Origin: an uncultured Solirubrobacteraceae bacterium
Lineage (GTDB): Bacteria > Actinomycetota > Thermoleophilia > Solirubrobacterales > Solirubrobacteraceae
Assembly (NCBI GenBank): GCA_964588985.1
Contig: CAZPQW010000002.1
Span: 32,001-96,000 of the forward strand
Direction: 5' to 3'
DNA length: 64,000 nt
The notes beneath the pieces were generated by a model. The model searched no databases. It had not been told where the DNA came from and saw only the letters and a program-made list of their open reading frames with translations. Shown here piece by piece: positions 19,209 to 29,078 of the stretch. The position numbers were made by a program, and so were the translations under genes. The number at the start of each line of letters is the position of its first letter. Within the stretch, counting starts at the first letter, position 1.

Positions 19209-19852
19209 GCGTGTCCGTGCAGAGCGAGGAGCGCTCCGAGCTCGCCGCGCGGCTCGTCCTAGACGTGCCCGCCGGCGAGGGCTTCGCGCACGAGCTCGCC
19301 GCGGGGGAGACGCTTCGGATCGTCGACCTGCACGGCAACCAGGCCGTCGACACGCTGTTCTTCGACGCGCACGACTACGCCAACCGCTACAGCGCGGTCG
19401 ACACGCTGCGCGAGCAGGGCGGCGTGTACCTCGGGCTCGGCTCGCGGCTGCTCGCGCTCGACGGGACGGCGCTCGTGACGATCGTGGGGGATACGTGCGG
19501 ACGCCACGACACGCTCGGCGGCGCCTGCTCGCAGGAGTCGAACGTGGTGCGCTACGGCGAGCACACCCGCCACATGCACGCGTGCCGCAACACGTTCCTC
19601 GCGCAGGCGCGCGAATGGGGGCGAGGACTCGACAAGCGCGACCTCACCGCGAACGTGAACTTCTTCATGAACGTGCCGCTCACACCCGAGGGTGGCCTGG
19701 AGTTCGTCGACGGCGTCTCAGCGCCCGGGAAGTACGTCGAGCTGCGCGCCGAGCGCGACACGCTCGTGCTGATCTCCAACTGCCCCCAGCTCAACAACCC
19801 CTGCAACGCGTTCGACCCGACCCCGGTGCGCCTGCTCTTCTGGCCGTCATGA
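19205..19852 (+). CDS. cgdB: Urea-carboxylase-associated DUF1989 protein 2 (carboxyguanidine deiminase subunit)
   Basis: [41 protein letters not shown]. Confidence 0.9.
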   Translation: MSVSVQSEERSELAARLVLDVPAGEGFAHELAAGETLRIVDLHGNQAVDTLFFDAHDYANRYSAVDTLREQGGVYLGLGSRLLALDGTALVTIVGDTCGRHDTLGGACSQESNVVRYGEHTRHMHACRNTFLAQAREWGRGLDKRDLTANVNFFMNVPLTPEGGLEFVDGVSAPGKYVELRAERDTLVLISNCPQLNNPCNAFDPTPVRLLFWPS

Positions 19853-21816
19853 GCGCGATCGAGGTCCTCGCGCCGGGCGCGTTCACGACCGTCCAGGACT
19901 GGCCTGGGCGCACCGGCTTCTGGGAGGTCGGCGTGCCGCCGTCCGGCCCGATGGACAGCCGCTCGCACAGGATCGGCAACCGCCTGCTCGGCAACGCCCC
20001 CGACGCGGCCGGCCTCGAGGTCACGCTGACGGGCCCGAAGCTCCGCTTCCTCGTGGACGCGACCGTCGCGATGACGGGCGCGCCGCTCGCCGTCACGCTC
20101 GACGGCGAGACAGTCCCGCAGTGGACCGCGCTCGACGTTCCCGCCGGGGGAGTGCTGTCGCTCGGCACGATCCGCGGCGCCGGGATGCGCGCGTACGTGA
20201 CGGTGCGCGGCGGCATCGCGGGCGCACCGGCGATGGGCAGCCGCGCGGTCTTCTCCCCGGCTGGTCTCGGGGGCGGGCAGCTGCGCCGGGGCGAGCTGCT
20301 CGCGCTCGCCGGCGGCGAGACGCGGGGGAGCGCATCCGAGTTTGCTGTCAGCCCGCCCGCGTTCTCCAACGAGGTCAGCCTGCGCGTCGTGCTCGGCCCG
20401 CACGGCGCCCCCGAGCTCCTCACACCCGACGGCCTCGTGGAGCTGCTCGACGCGGACTGGGTCGTGGACCCGCACTCCAACCGCGCGGGGGTGAGGCTCG
20501 CCGGCCCACGGCCGGGCTGGTCGCGATCGGACGGCGGCGAAGCGGGCCTTCACCCGTCGAACATCCTCGACAGCGCATACAGCGTCGGCACGGTGATGCT
20601 CACCGGCGACATGGCGGTGATCGTCGGGCCGGATGGCCCGAGCCTCGGCGGCTTCGCAGCGTTCGCGCAGGTGATCCAGGCCGACCTGTGGCGCCTCGGG
20701 CAGCTGCGCGCTGGCGACCGCGTGAGACTGCGGGCCGTCGGCGTTCGCTACGCGGCCGCGCTGCACGCCGACGCGGAGCGCGAGATCGAAGGCGGCGGCG
20801 TGGGGCTGCGTGCGCCGGTCTCGACGAACGCCCTCAAGCCCACCGTCGAGTTCGACCGCGCCTACGACGGCGCGCACGGACTCGCGACGTTCCGCCGCGC
20901 GGGCGAGCGAGCGGTGCTGATCGAGTTCGGCGATCCGGTGCTCGACCTGCGCTCGCGGGTGCGCGCGCAGACGCTCCGGATCGCGCTCGAGGAGCTCCAC
21001 ATCGACGGCGTGCTCGACATCACCCCGGGCGTGCGCTCGCTGCACATCCAGCACGACCCCGACACGCTCGCCGCGGAGAGCCTGATCGACGCGCTCGCGC
21101 GCCTGGAGTCCTCGCTGCCGGCGCCCGAGCGGTCGGCGATCCCCGGGCGCACGGTGCACATGCCGCTGAGCTGGGGCCACAGCGAGGTCCTGCGGGCGGT
21201 CGGACGCTACGAGAGCGTCCGCGCGGGCGCCCCCTGGTGCCCCGACAACGTCGACTTCATCCGCCGCATGAACGGCCTGCCCGACGAGCGCGCGGTCCGC
21301 GAGATCGTCACGAGCGCCGCGTATCTGGTGCTCGGGCTGGGCGACGTCTACATGGGCGCGCCGGTGGCGGTGCCGCTGGATCCGCGCCACCGGCTCGTCA
21401 CCACCAAGTACAACCCTCCGCGCACCTGGACGCCCGCCAACGCGGTCGGGATCGGGGGAGCGTTCCTGTGCGTTTACGGCGTCGAGGGGCCCGGCGGCTA
21501 CCAGCTCGTGGGCCGCACCACGCCCGTGTGGCACGCCGGCGACGACCCGCCGTGGCGGCTGCGCCACTTCGACCAGCTGCGCTTCGAGCTCGTCGAGGAG
21601 GACGAGCTGGAGGAGCTGCGCAGGCTGAGCGAGCGCGGCGCGTGGGCGCCGCGGACCGAGCCGACCGCCTTCTCGCTGGTCGAGCACGAGCACTTTCTGG
21701 AGGAGCACCGCGAGGAGATCGCGGCGTTCACCGCGCGGCGCGACGCCGCGTTCGCCGCCGAGCGCGACGCGTGGAGCATGACCGAGACCGCCACCACGGC
21801 AAAGGTCGCGGCGTGA
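19849..21816 (+). CDS. Urea/guanidine carboxylase carboxyltransferase domains only (no biotin carboxylase, no BCCP)
   Basis: [85 protein letters not shown]; 655 aa, ends at AAERDAW plus a short tail. Confidence 0.9.
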   Translation: MSAIEVLAPGAFTTVQDWPGRTGFWEVGVPPSGPMDSRSHRIGNRLLGNAPDAAGLEVTLTGPKLRFLVDATVAMTGAPLAVTLDGETVPQWTALDVPAGGVLSLGTIRGAGMRAYVTVRGGIAGAPAMGSRAVFSPAGLGGGQLRRGELLALAGGETRGSASEFAVSPPAFSNEVSLRVVLGPHGAPELLTPDGLVELLDADWVVDPHSNRAGVRLAGPRPGWSRSDGGEAGLHPSNILDSAYSVGTVMLTGDMAVIVGPDGPSLGGFAAFAQVIQADLWRLGQLRAGDRVRLRAVGVRYAAALHADAEREIEGGGVGLRAPVSTNALKPTVEFDRAYDGAHGLATFRRAGERAVLIEFGDPVLDLRSRVRAQTLRIALEELHIDGVLDITPGVRSLHIQHDPDTLAAESLIDALARLESSLPAPERSAIPGRTVHMPLSWGHSEVLRAVGRYESVRAGAPWCPDNVDFIRRMNGLPDERAVREIVTSAAYLVLGLGDVYMGAPVAVPLDPRHRLVTTKYNPPRTWTPANAVGIGGAFLCVYGVEGPGGYQLVGRTTPVWHAGDDPPWRLRHFDQLRFELVEEDELEELRRLSERGAWAPRTEPTAFSLVEHEHFLEEHREEIAAFTARRDAAFAAERDAWSMTETATTAKVAA

Positions 21817-23546
21817 AGCTCGACATCGCCACGCTTCTCGCCGGCTACCGCGACGGCTCCACGAGCCCATCGCGCGTCGCGCAGGAGTTGATCGACCGGC
21901 TTGCCAAGCCACAGGAGCAGCAGCTATGGATCGCACGGGTGAGCGACGAGGCGCTGCGCGCGGCGGCCGCCGCGCTGGACGAGGCCGACCCGTCGCTTCC
22001 GCTCTACGGCATCCCGTTCGCGGTGAAGGACAACATCGACGTCGCCGGCATGCCGACCACGGCCGGCTGCCCGGGCTTCTCATACGCCGCCACGCGCACC
22101 GCGACGGTCGTGCAGCGGCTCCTCGACGCCGGCGCGATGCTGATCGGCAAGACGAACATGGACCAGTTCGCCACCGGCCTCGTCGGTACGCGCAGCCCCT
22201 ACGGCAGCTGCTCCTCGGTGGCCGACCCGGCGCGCATCAGCGGAGGCTCGAGCTCCGGCTCGGCGGTGGCGGTCGCGCTCGGTTACGCGTCGTTCGCGCT
22301 CGGGACAGACACCGCCGGATCGGGGCGCGTCCCCGCGGCGTTCAACGGCCTCGTCGGCGTCAAGCCCACACGGGGCCTGCTCAGCACCCGCGGCGTCGTG
22401 CCCGCGTGCGCGAGCCTCGACTGCGTGTCGGTGTTCACCGGCACCGTCCCCGACGCCGCGCGCGTGCTCGACGTGGTGGCGGCGTTCGACCTGGAGGATC
22501 CGTGGAGTCGACCCGAGGCCGTGTGCGACTCGCCGCGGCGTGGACGGATCGGCGTGCCGCTCGTCGGCCAGGTCGAGCAGGAGGAGTCCGCGGCGACGCT
22601 CGCGTGGGCGCAGGCGGTCGAGCGCGCCGGCAACCGCTGGACGCTCGTGGAAGTCGACATCGACCCGCTCCTGAAAGCAGCGCCGCTCCTGTACGAGGCG
22701 TGGGTCGCGGAGCGGACCGCCGACCTCGCACCGCACATCGAAGCGGAGCCAGAGGGCCTCGACCCGACCGTCGCCGCGATCGTGCTCGGCGGGCGCGAGA
22801 CGAAGGCGACCGACGTGTTCCGCGCGCAGCACCGCCTGCGCGAGCTCGAGCGCGCGGCCGCCTCGATCTGGGAGCGGGCCGACGCGCTGCTGCTGCCCAC
22901 CACCGCTCTGCATCCGACGCACGCCGAGGTCGCAGCCGATCCGGTGGGGACGAACAGCCGCCTCGGGCGGTTCACGAACTTCGTCAACCTGATGGACCTC
23001 TGCTCGCTCGCGCTGCCGGGCGCGCCGCGGCCCGACGGGCTGCCGTTCGGCGTGACGCTGCACGCGCCCGCCCACCACGACCGCCGGCTGCTGGAGCTCG
23101 GCTGCGAATGGAGCTCGCAGCCGGCCAGCGTCGAGCTGCCCGGCGTCGTGAGGCTCGCGGTGGCTGGCGCCCACATGACGGGGATGCCGCTGAACGACCG
23201 CCTCACCGAGCGCGGCGCGCGGCTCCTCGGCACTGCTCGCACGGCGCCCAGCTATGAGCTGTACGCGCTCGCGAACGGCGGCCCGATCGCGCGCCCCGGC
23301 GTCGTGCGCGTCGAGGACGGCGGCGCGAGCATCGAGGTCGAGGTGTGGGAGCTGTCTCGCGCGGCGCTGGGCGCGATCGTCGAGGAGGTGCCGGGCCCGC
23401 TCGCGATCGGCCACGTCGAGATGCTCGACGGCACGCGGATCTGCGGGTTCGTGTGCGAGGGCTACGCCGTCCACGGCGCAACCGACATCACCGCCCACGG
23501 CGGCTGGCGCGCATACCTCGAGGCGCCCGTGACGACGCCGGCGTGA
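21813..23546 (+). CDS. atzF: Allophanate hydrolase
   Basis: LPLYGIPFAVKDNID, GKTNMDQFATGLVGTRSPYG, GGSSSGSA, GTDTAGSGRVPA, TNFVNLMD; C-domain VAGAHM.GMPLN and GGWRAYL. Confidence 0.95.
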   Translation: MKLDIATLLAGYRDGSTSPSRVAQELIDRLAKPQEQQLWIARVSDEALRAAAAALDEADPSLPLYGIPFAVKDNIDVAGMPTTAGCPGFSYAATRTATVVQRLLDAGAMLIGKTNMDQFATGLVGTRSPYGSCSSVADPARISGGSSSGSAVAVALGYASFALGTDTAGSGRVPAAFNGLVGVKPTRGLLSTRGVVPACASLDCVSVFTGTVPDAARVLDVVAAFDLEDPWSRPEAVCDSPRRGRIGVPLVGQVEQEESAATLAWAQAVERAGNRWTLVEVDIDPLLKAAPLLYEAWVAERTADLAPHIEAEPEGLDPTVAAIVLGGRETKATDVFRAQHRLRELERAAASIWERADALLLPTTALHPTHAEVAADPVGTNSRLGRFTNFVNLMDLCSLALPGAPRPDGLPFGVTLHAPAHHDRRLLELGCEWSSQPASVELPGVVRLAVAGAHMTGMPLNDRLTERGARLLGTARTAPSYELYALANGGPIARPGVVRVEDGGASIEVEVWELSRAALGAIVEEVPGPLAIGHVEMLDGTRICGFVCEGYAVHGATDITAHGGWRAYLEAPVTTPA

Positions 23547-24574
23547 AAGCCCGCTACCACCACCTTCCGGCCACCCCCGAGAACGTCCACTGGGGATACT
23601 TCGACCACGCGCTCGAGCCGGTGCTGACGGTCTCCTCGGGCGATCTGGTCGCTATCGAGACGCTCACCCACCACGCGGGCGACGCGCCCGACCTGCTGAT
23701 GGACGCGGGCATCGAGCGCGTGTTCGAGCAGGTGCAGGAGCGCGGGCCCGGGCCGCACCTGCTGACCGGGCCGATCGCGCTCGCCGGCGCGCGCCCGGGC
23801 GACGTGCTCGAAGTGGAGATCCTCAGCGCCGAGCCGCGATTGCCGCACGGCTCCAACCTCGCGGGGCACTGGGGCGCGCTGTACGAGGACTTCGCCAAGG
23901 AGCGCGTGACGATCTTCGAGCTCGACCTCCAGGCGATGCTCGGACGCGCGCTGTTCGCGTTCGACTGGCAGACGACCCCGCTCGTGGACTCGCCGGGGAC
24001 GATCGTCGTGCCCGGCAGCGTCGCGCGCGAGGCGGCGCTTGAGGGCGTCACGATCCCGCTGCGGCCACATCTCGGGACGATGGGCGTGGCGCCCGCGGCG
24101 AAGGGGAGGCACTCCTCGGTCCCGCCGGGCGAGCACGGCGGCAACATCGACAACTGGCGGATCGGCGCGGGCGCGCGGATGCTCTACCCGGTGCAGGTGC
24201 CCGGCGCCCTGCTCTCGCTCGGCGACCCGCACGTCTCCCAGGGCGACGGCGAGATCAGCGGCACCGCCCTGGAGGCGTCGCTAGACACGGTCGTGCGCCT
24301 CACGCTGCGCTCGGACATCACACTCAGCGGGCCGCTGCTGGAGACGCCGACCGAGCTGATGGTGCACGGGTTCGGCGACGACCTCGACGAGGCGATGGGA
24401 GTTGCCGCGCGGCGCACGATCGAGCTGCTGGGCTCCCGCTTCGGGCTCAGCCGCGACGACGCCTACTCCTTCTCGAGCCTCGCGGTGGACTTCACCGTCA
24501 CGCAGGTCGTCGACTCCCGCCAGGGCGTGCACGCCCGCATCGACAAGCGCTGCTTCCCCTTCGCCGGCGCGTGA
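23543..24574 (+). CDS. Acetamidase/formamidase family protein
   Basis: VHWGYF, HLLTGP, GGNID, GDPH.SQGDGE.SGTA.E, QVVD. Confidence 0.9.
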   Translation: MKARYHHLPATPENVHWGYFDHALEPVLTVSSGDLVAIETLTHHAGDAPDLLMDAGIERVFEQVQERGPGPHLLTGPIALAGARPGDVLEVEILSAEPRLPHGSNLAGHWGALYEDFAKERVTIFELDLQAMLGRALFAFDWQTTPLVDSPGTIVVPGSVAREAALEGVTIPLRPHLGTMGVAPAAKGRHSSVPPGEHGGNIDNWRIGAGARMLYPVQVPGALLSLGDPHVSQGDGEISGTALEASLDTVVRLTLRSDITLSGPLLETPTELMVHGFGDDLDEAMGVAARRTIELLGSRFGLSRDDAYSFSSLAVDFTVTQVVDSRQGVHARIDKRCFPFAGA

Positions 24575-24978
24575 TCGAGTCCTGGACGTTCACCCCCGCC
24601 GAAGGCGTCCCGCCGCGGGTCGCGCCGTTCGCGCACGCGACCGCCACCGGCGAGACGCTCTACGTGACCGGCCAGATGCCGACGGGCCTCGACGGCGAGC
24701 TGATCGCCGGCGGGGTGGTCGAGCAGACCGATCGGGTGATGCGCAACCTCGCGCGCGTGCTCGAGATGCTCGGCGGCGGGCTCTCCGACGTGGCGCAGAC
24801 GCGCGCCTACCTGCTGCACTGGGACGACTACGCGGAGTTCAACACCGCCTACGAGCGGTGGTTTCCCGAGCGCCTGCCGAGCCGCACGTGCGTGGGCGTG
24901 AGTGGGCTCGCGGCGGGCGCGCTCGTGGAGGTCGACCTCGTCGCGTGGCGCGCGGGAGGCTGGGCCGCCGCGCCATAG
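24571..24978 (+). CDS. RidA/YjgF family imine deaminase
   Basis: YVTGQMP, FNTAY, PSRTCVGV..LA.GALVE. Confidence 0.9.
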   Translation: MIESWTFTPAEGVPPRVAPFAHATATGETLYVTGQMPTGLDGELIAGGVVEQTDRVMRNLARVLEMLGGGLSDVAQTRAYLLHWDDYAEFNTAYERWFPERLPSRTCVGVSGLAAGALVEVDLVAWRAGGWAAAP

Positions 24979-24988
24979 CGGTTCGGGG

Positions 24989-25822
24989 CTACTCGGGCAC
25001 CGAGTGCGTGGGCGCCGCCACGTCCGGCGCCAGCTCCCTCAGCAACTGTGGCCACACCTCGGGGTCGTGCCCCGGGATCAGCCGGTAGCCGCGCTCGGCT
25101 GCGATCGCGTTGAGCCGGCGGATGGCGGGGAGCGTGTCCTCGGCCTGGCAGTGGACGAACCCGCCGACAGCCAGCTCGCGCTCGAAGTTCTCCGTCAGAT
25201 CGCCGGCGTCGAACGCGAACACGTAGCCGCTCCCGTCGGGCATGTCGATCACGAAGCTCTGATGCCCCGGCGTGTGGCCGGGTGTGAGCACAGCGGTGAT
25301 CCCGGGCGCGAGCTGTGTGTCGCCGTCCATCAGGCGCCAGTCGATGTCGGGGTCGTCGTAGTCGATCCGGAACATGCCGTGGCGCTCGGGGAAGGGGTGA
25401 TCGGCGAGCCCGTACTCCAGCTCAGACCGCTGCACCCACACGGGCACGCTCGGATCGAACAGCCGCAGTCCGCCAGCGTGATCGTTGTGCAGGTGGGAGA
25501 GATAGATACGCGTGACGTCCGCGAGCCGGACGCCGTGCGCCGCGAGCGCGTGCTCCAGGGGCTCGCCGTCGCCATCGGGCAGGATCGCGGTGATGTCGTG
25601 GTTACGCCCGTGCAGACGTTCGCGCAGCGGGAGGTCGCGGATCAGGGCGGTGTTGAAGCCGGTGTCGAGCAGCGTCCAGCCGTCGTCGGTGTCGAGGAGG
25701 ACCGCGGGGACCGGCTCGATCAACATCGCGCCGGATTCCTCGCCGTGGACCGAGTAGGACTTCGGCAGGCGCTCCCAGCCGAGGATCAGGGGAATCACCC
25801 TGCGCACGCTCGTCTCGCTCAC
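24989..25822 (-). CDS. N-acyl homoserine lactonase-family metallo-beta-lactamase
   Basis: SHLHNDHAGG (HxHxDH), TPGHTPGHQS, FDAGD, PGHDP; TAAGAT -10 box 7 nt before GTG. Confidence 0.88.
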   Translation of the reverse strand: MSETSVRRVIPLILGWERLPKSYSVHGEESGAMLIEPVPAVLLDTDDGWTLLDTGFNTALIRDLPLRERLHGRNHDITAILPDGDGEPLEHALAAHGVRLADVTRIYLSHLHNDHAGGLRLFDPSVPVWVQRSELEYGLADHPFPERHGMFRIDYDDPDIDWRLMDGDTQLAPGITAVLTPGHTPGHQSFVIDMPDGSGYVFAFDAGDLTENFERELAVGGFVHCQAEDTLPAIRRLNAIAAERGYRLIPGHDPEVWPQLLRELAPDVAAPTHSVPE

Positions 25823-25900
25823 ACGCTGGATCTTAGGCGTGTACGCCGGCGGCGTTCGTGTCAACCTCGGACTCGGTGGGGTCTGTCACCCTGTCTGGAG

Positions 25901-27271
25901 GTGAACGCCCTCCCTCCCGGACCGACGGAGTCCCCCGCGGTGCAGATCACGCGCTGGCTGGTGCGCCCGATCGCGTTCATGGAGTCCTGCAGGCGACGCT
26001 TCGGCGACGCGTTCAGCGTGCGCTTCCCGGGCTTCGAGCGGCCGATGGTGATGCTGTCCGACCCCGAGGCGATCAAAGCCCTCTACACCGCGCACGAGCA
26101 CGGCCTCCCGCCGGGGCGCACGGTCACGCTGCTGCCGGTGATGGGGCCGAGCTCGATCCTGCTGCTGGAGGGCGGCGAGCACCTCGCGCGACGCAAAATG
26201 ATGCTGCCGCCGTTTCACGGCGCGCGGATGCGCTCGTACGAGTCGATCATCCGCGAGACAACCGAACGCCAGATCGACACCTGGCCCACTGATCAGCCTT
26301 TCGCGCTCCACCCCCACATGCAGGCGATCACGCTCGAGGTGATTCTCGAGGCGGTCTTCGGCGTGACCGACCAAGCGCGCGGCGAGCGGCTGCGCGAACG
26401 CCTGCCGATGCTGCTGCACGAGACATCCTCCACGGCTATCCAGTTCCGCTTCATCCTCGCCAGGCGCCTCGGAGTCGGCGACCCGCTGGCCCGGCTGAAG
26501 GAGATCACCGCGGGCATCGACGAGCTGCTGCTCGCCGAGATCTCAGACCGCCGCTCGGACCCCCTGCTGGACGAGCGCGAGGACATCCTCTCGCTGCTGA
26601 TCGTCGCGCGCTTCGACGACGGCGGCGCGATGAGCGACCGGGAGCTGCGCGACCAGCTCGTGACGCTGCTGCTCGCCGGCCACGAGACGACCGCGACGGG
26701 GCTCGCGTGGACGTTCGACCTGCTGCTCCGTCACCCAGCGGCGCTCGCGCGCCTCACAGCCGAGGTCGATGCGGGCGAGGACGTCTATCTGCGCGCGGTC
26801 GTCAGCGAGTCGCTGCGGCTGCGCCCGGTCGTGCCGCTCGCCGGACGGCGCCTGGCCTCAGAGCTCCACGCGGGGGAGTTGAACCTCCCCGCCGGCGCGG
26901 ACGTCACGCCCGCGATCTGGCTAACACACACGAGGCCGGACCTGTATCCCGAGCCGTACGCGTTCCGCCCCGAGCGCTTCGTGGAGAACCCGCCCAGCGG
27001 CTATGGGTGGATCCCGTTCGGCGGCGGCGTGCGGCGTTGCCTGGGGGCGAGCTTCGCGGAACTCGAGATGCGGGTGGTGCTCGAGACGATCCTGCGCCGC
27101 AGCGTGCTGGAGTCGGCGAGCGCGCGCGCGGAACACCCCACGCGCCGCAACGTGACCCTCTCACCGCGCAAGGGCACGCGGGTGCGCAGCCACGGACGGG
27201 TGGGCGCGCCCACTCGTGTGATCCGCGACGCGGACGGACTGAGCGCGGAGCCGGCTGGCGTCAGCTCGTAG
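25901..27271 (+). CDS. Cytochrome P450
   Basis: LPPGP, AGHETT, ESLR (ExxR), PERF, FGGGVRRCLG heme motif. Confidence 0.95.
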   Translation: MNALPPGPTESPAVQITRWLVRPIAFMESCRRRFGDAFSVRFPGFERPMVMLSDPEAIKALYTAHEHGLPPGRTVTLLPVMGPSSILLLEGGEHLARRKMMLPPFHGARMRSYESIIRETTERQIDTWPTDQPFALHPHMQAITLEVILEAVFGVTDQARGERLRERLPMLLHETSSTAIQFRFILARRLGVGDPLARLKEITAGIDELLLAEISDRRSDPLLDEREDILSLLIVARFDDGGAMSDRELRDQLVTLLLAGHETTATGLAWTFDLLLRHPAALARLTAEVDAGEDVYLRAVVSESLRLRPVVPLAGRRLASELHAGELNLPAGADVTPAIWLTHTRPDLYPEPYAFRPERFVENPPSGYGWIPFGGGVRRCLGASFAELEMRVVLETILRRSVLESASARAEHPTRRNVTLSPRKGTRVRSHGRVGAPTRVIRDADGLSAEPAGVSS

Positions 27272-27318
27272 CGGTCTGCTCCGGGGGACATCGGTGAGGC
27301 CGCGCTAGATTGAGGGCC

Positions 27319-28308
27319 GTGCCGAGCAGCCCCGAATCTCCCTCCGGCGCGGCGGTCAGCGTGAAAGGGCTCGTCAAGTCCTACGGCTCCGTGCGCGCGC
27401 TCGTCGGCGTCGACCTCGAGGTCGCACCCGGCACGGTGCTCGGCCTGCTCGGCCCCAACGGAGCGGGCAAGACCACGATCATCCGCATCCTCACCACGCT
27501 GCTGCGCCCCGACGCGGGAACCGCCGAGGTGGCGGGCCTCGACGTGGTCAGGGACGCGGCGACGCTCCGGGAGCGGATCGGGCTCGCGGGGCAGTACGCG
27601 GCGGTGGACGAGAACCTCACGGGCCTCGAGAACCTCACGATGGTGGGGAGGCTGTACGGCGAGACGCGCGCGGTCGCCAAGCGCCGCGGCAACGAGCTGC
27701 TCGAGCGCTTCGACCTGCTGGATGCGGCCGGCCGCGCGGCGAAGACCTACTCGGGTGGCATGCGTCGGCGGCTGGATCTCGCCGCGGCGCTCGTGGCGAA
27801 GCCCCCGGTGCTGTTCCTGGACGAGCCGACCACGGGCCTCGACCCGCGCAGCCGCCTGCAGCTGTGGGAGACGATCGAGGGTCTGGTCGCGGAGGGCACG
27901 ACCGTGCTGCTGACCACGCAGTATCTCGACGAGGCCGACCGTCTCGCGACCGAGATCGCGGTCATCGACCACGGCCGCGTGCTCGCGGGCGGCACCCCGG
28001 ACGAGCTCAAGGACCGTGTGGGGGGCGAGCGCCTGGAGATCCGCCTCGACGACGCGTCCTATGCGCAGCGCGCCGTCAGCGCGCTCTCCCCGCTCTGTGA
28101 CGAGCCGCCCACCGTCACGGGCGATCTCGTGACCGTCGGCGTGCGCGCACGCGGCGGCGCGATCGTCGACGCGGTGCGTCGACTCGACGAGGCCCAGGTC
28201 GGCGTGGAGGACATCGCGCTGCGCCGCCCGACGCTCGACGACGTGTTCCTCGCGCTCACCGGGCACGCCGCCGAATCCGACGACGAACGCGAGGAGGCCG
28301 CGGCGTGA
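27319..28308 (+). CDS. DrrA-family ABC exporter ATP-binding protein
   Basis: GPNGAGKTT, YSGGMRRRLDLA, LFLDEPTTGLDP, PTLDDVFL.LTG. Confidence 0.93.
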   Translation: MPSSPESPSGAAVSVKGLVKSYGSVRALVGVDLEVAPGTVLGLLGPNGAGKTTIIRILTTLLRPDAGTAEVAGLDVVRDAATLRERIGLAGQYAAVDENLTGLENLTMVGRLYGETRAVAKRRGNELLERFDLLDAAGRAAKTYSGGMRRRLDLAAALVAKPPVLFLDEPTTGLDPRSRLQLWETIEGLVAEGTTVLLTTQYLDEADRLATEIAVIDHGRVLAGGTPDELKDRVGGERLEIRLDDASYAQRAVSALSPLCDEPPTVTGDLVTVGVRARGGAIVDAVRRLDEAQVGVEDIALRRPTLDDVFLALTGHAAESDDEREEAAA

Positions 28309-29069
28309 GGCGCCTCGTGACCGACACGCTCGTGATCGCCGAGCGCAACCTCGTGCGCCTCCCGCGCGCCCCCGAGCTGCTCGTCGCGTTCACCGTGCAG
28401 CCGATCATGTTCGTCTTGTTGTTCCGCTACGTCTTCGGCGGCGCTATCTCGACGCCCGGCTTCAGCTACGCGGACTTCCTGATCCCGGGGATCATCGTGC
28501 AGAACATCGCCTTCGGCGGGTTCGTGACCGCGCTCGGCCTCAACGAGGATCTGCACAAGGGGCTGATCGACCGCTTCCGCTCGCTGCCGATGGCGCGCGC
28601 GGCGGTGCTCGCCGGGCGCACGCTCTCCGACGTGGTCACCAATGCCCTGTCGGCGACGATCCTCGTGATCACCGGCCTGATCATCGGCTTCTCCTTCCAC
28701 ACGAACGTTCCGCACGTGCTCGCCGGAGCCGCGCTGCTGCTGCTGTTCGGCTACGCCTTCTCGTGGGTGTTCGCGTTCCTCGGGATGCTCGTCAAATCCG
28801 CCGAAGCCGCCAACTCGGTCGGGTTCATCGCGGTCTTCCCGCTCACGTTCATCTCCTCCGCGTTCGTGCCCGTGCACTCGATGCCGGCGGTTCTGCGCGA
28901 CTTCGCGGAAGTCAATCCGTTCACGATCACCGTTAACGCGATGCGCTCGCTGTGGCTCGGAGCGCCCGCCGGCGACAACGTGTGGGGCGCGTTCGTGTGG
29001 GCGCTCGTGATCGTCGCGATCTTCGCTCCCCTGGCGGTCGCGCGCTACCGGCGCGCGGCGGGTCAATAG
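28305..29069 (+). CDS. ABC-2 (DrrB-like) permease
   Basis: QPIMFVLLF.YVFGG, DRFRSLPM, NP.T; GTGA overlap with the ATPase gene. Confidence 0.92.
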   Translation: MRRLVTDTLVIAERNLVRLPRAPELLVAFTVQPIMFVLLFRYVFGGAISTPGFSYADFLIPGIIVQNIAFGGFVTALGLNEDLHKGLIDRFRSLPMARAAVLAGRTLSDVVTNALSATILVITGLIIGFSFHTNVPHVLAGAALLLLFGYAFSWVFAFLGMLVKSAEAANSVGFIAVFPLTFISSAFVPVHSMPAVLRDFAEVNPFTITVNAMRSLWLGAPAGDNVWGAFVWALVIVAIFAPLAVARYRRAAGQ

Positions 29070-29078
29070 GGTCCCGCT

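Noticed and set aside
13068-23498. Very long antisense and alternate-frame ORFs (e.g. 13068-14921, 19552-22083, 15858-17630)
   Set aside because: Shadow ORFs expected from high-GC codon bias; Arg/Ala/Gly-rich, no motifs, and they overlap well-supported genes
20121-23546. 1141-aa ORF as a urea amidolyase fusion
   Set aside because: The first 564 codons are an off-frame read of the carboxyltransferase gene; real atzF starts at GTG 21813
24989-25822. AHL-lactonase-like gene as part of the guanidine operon
   Set aside because: Convergent orientation with its own -10 box; no evidence of shared regulation
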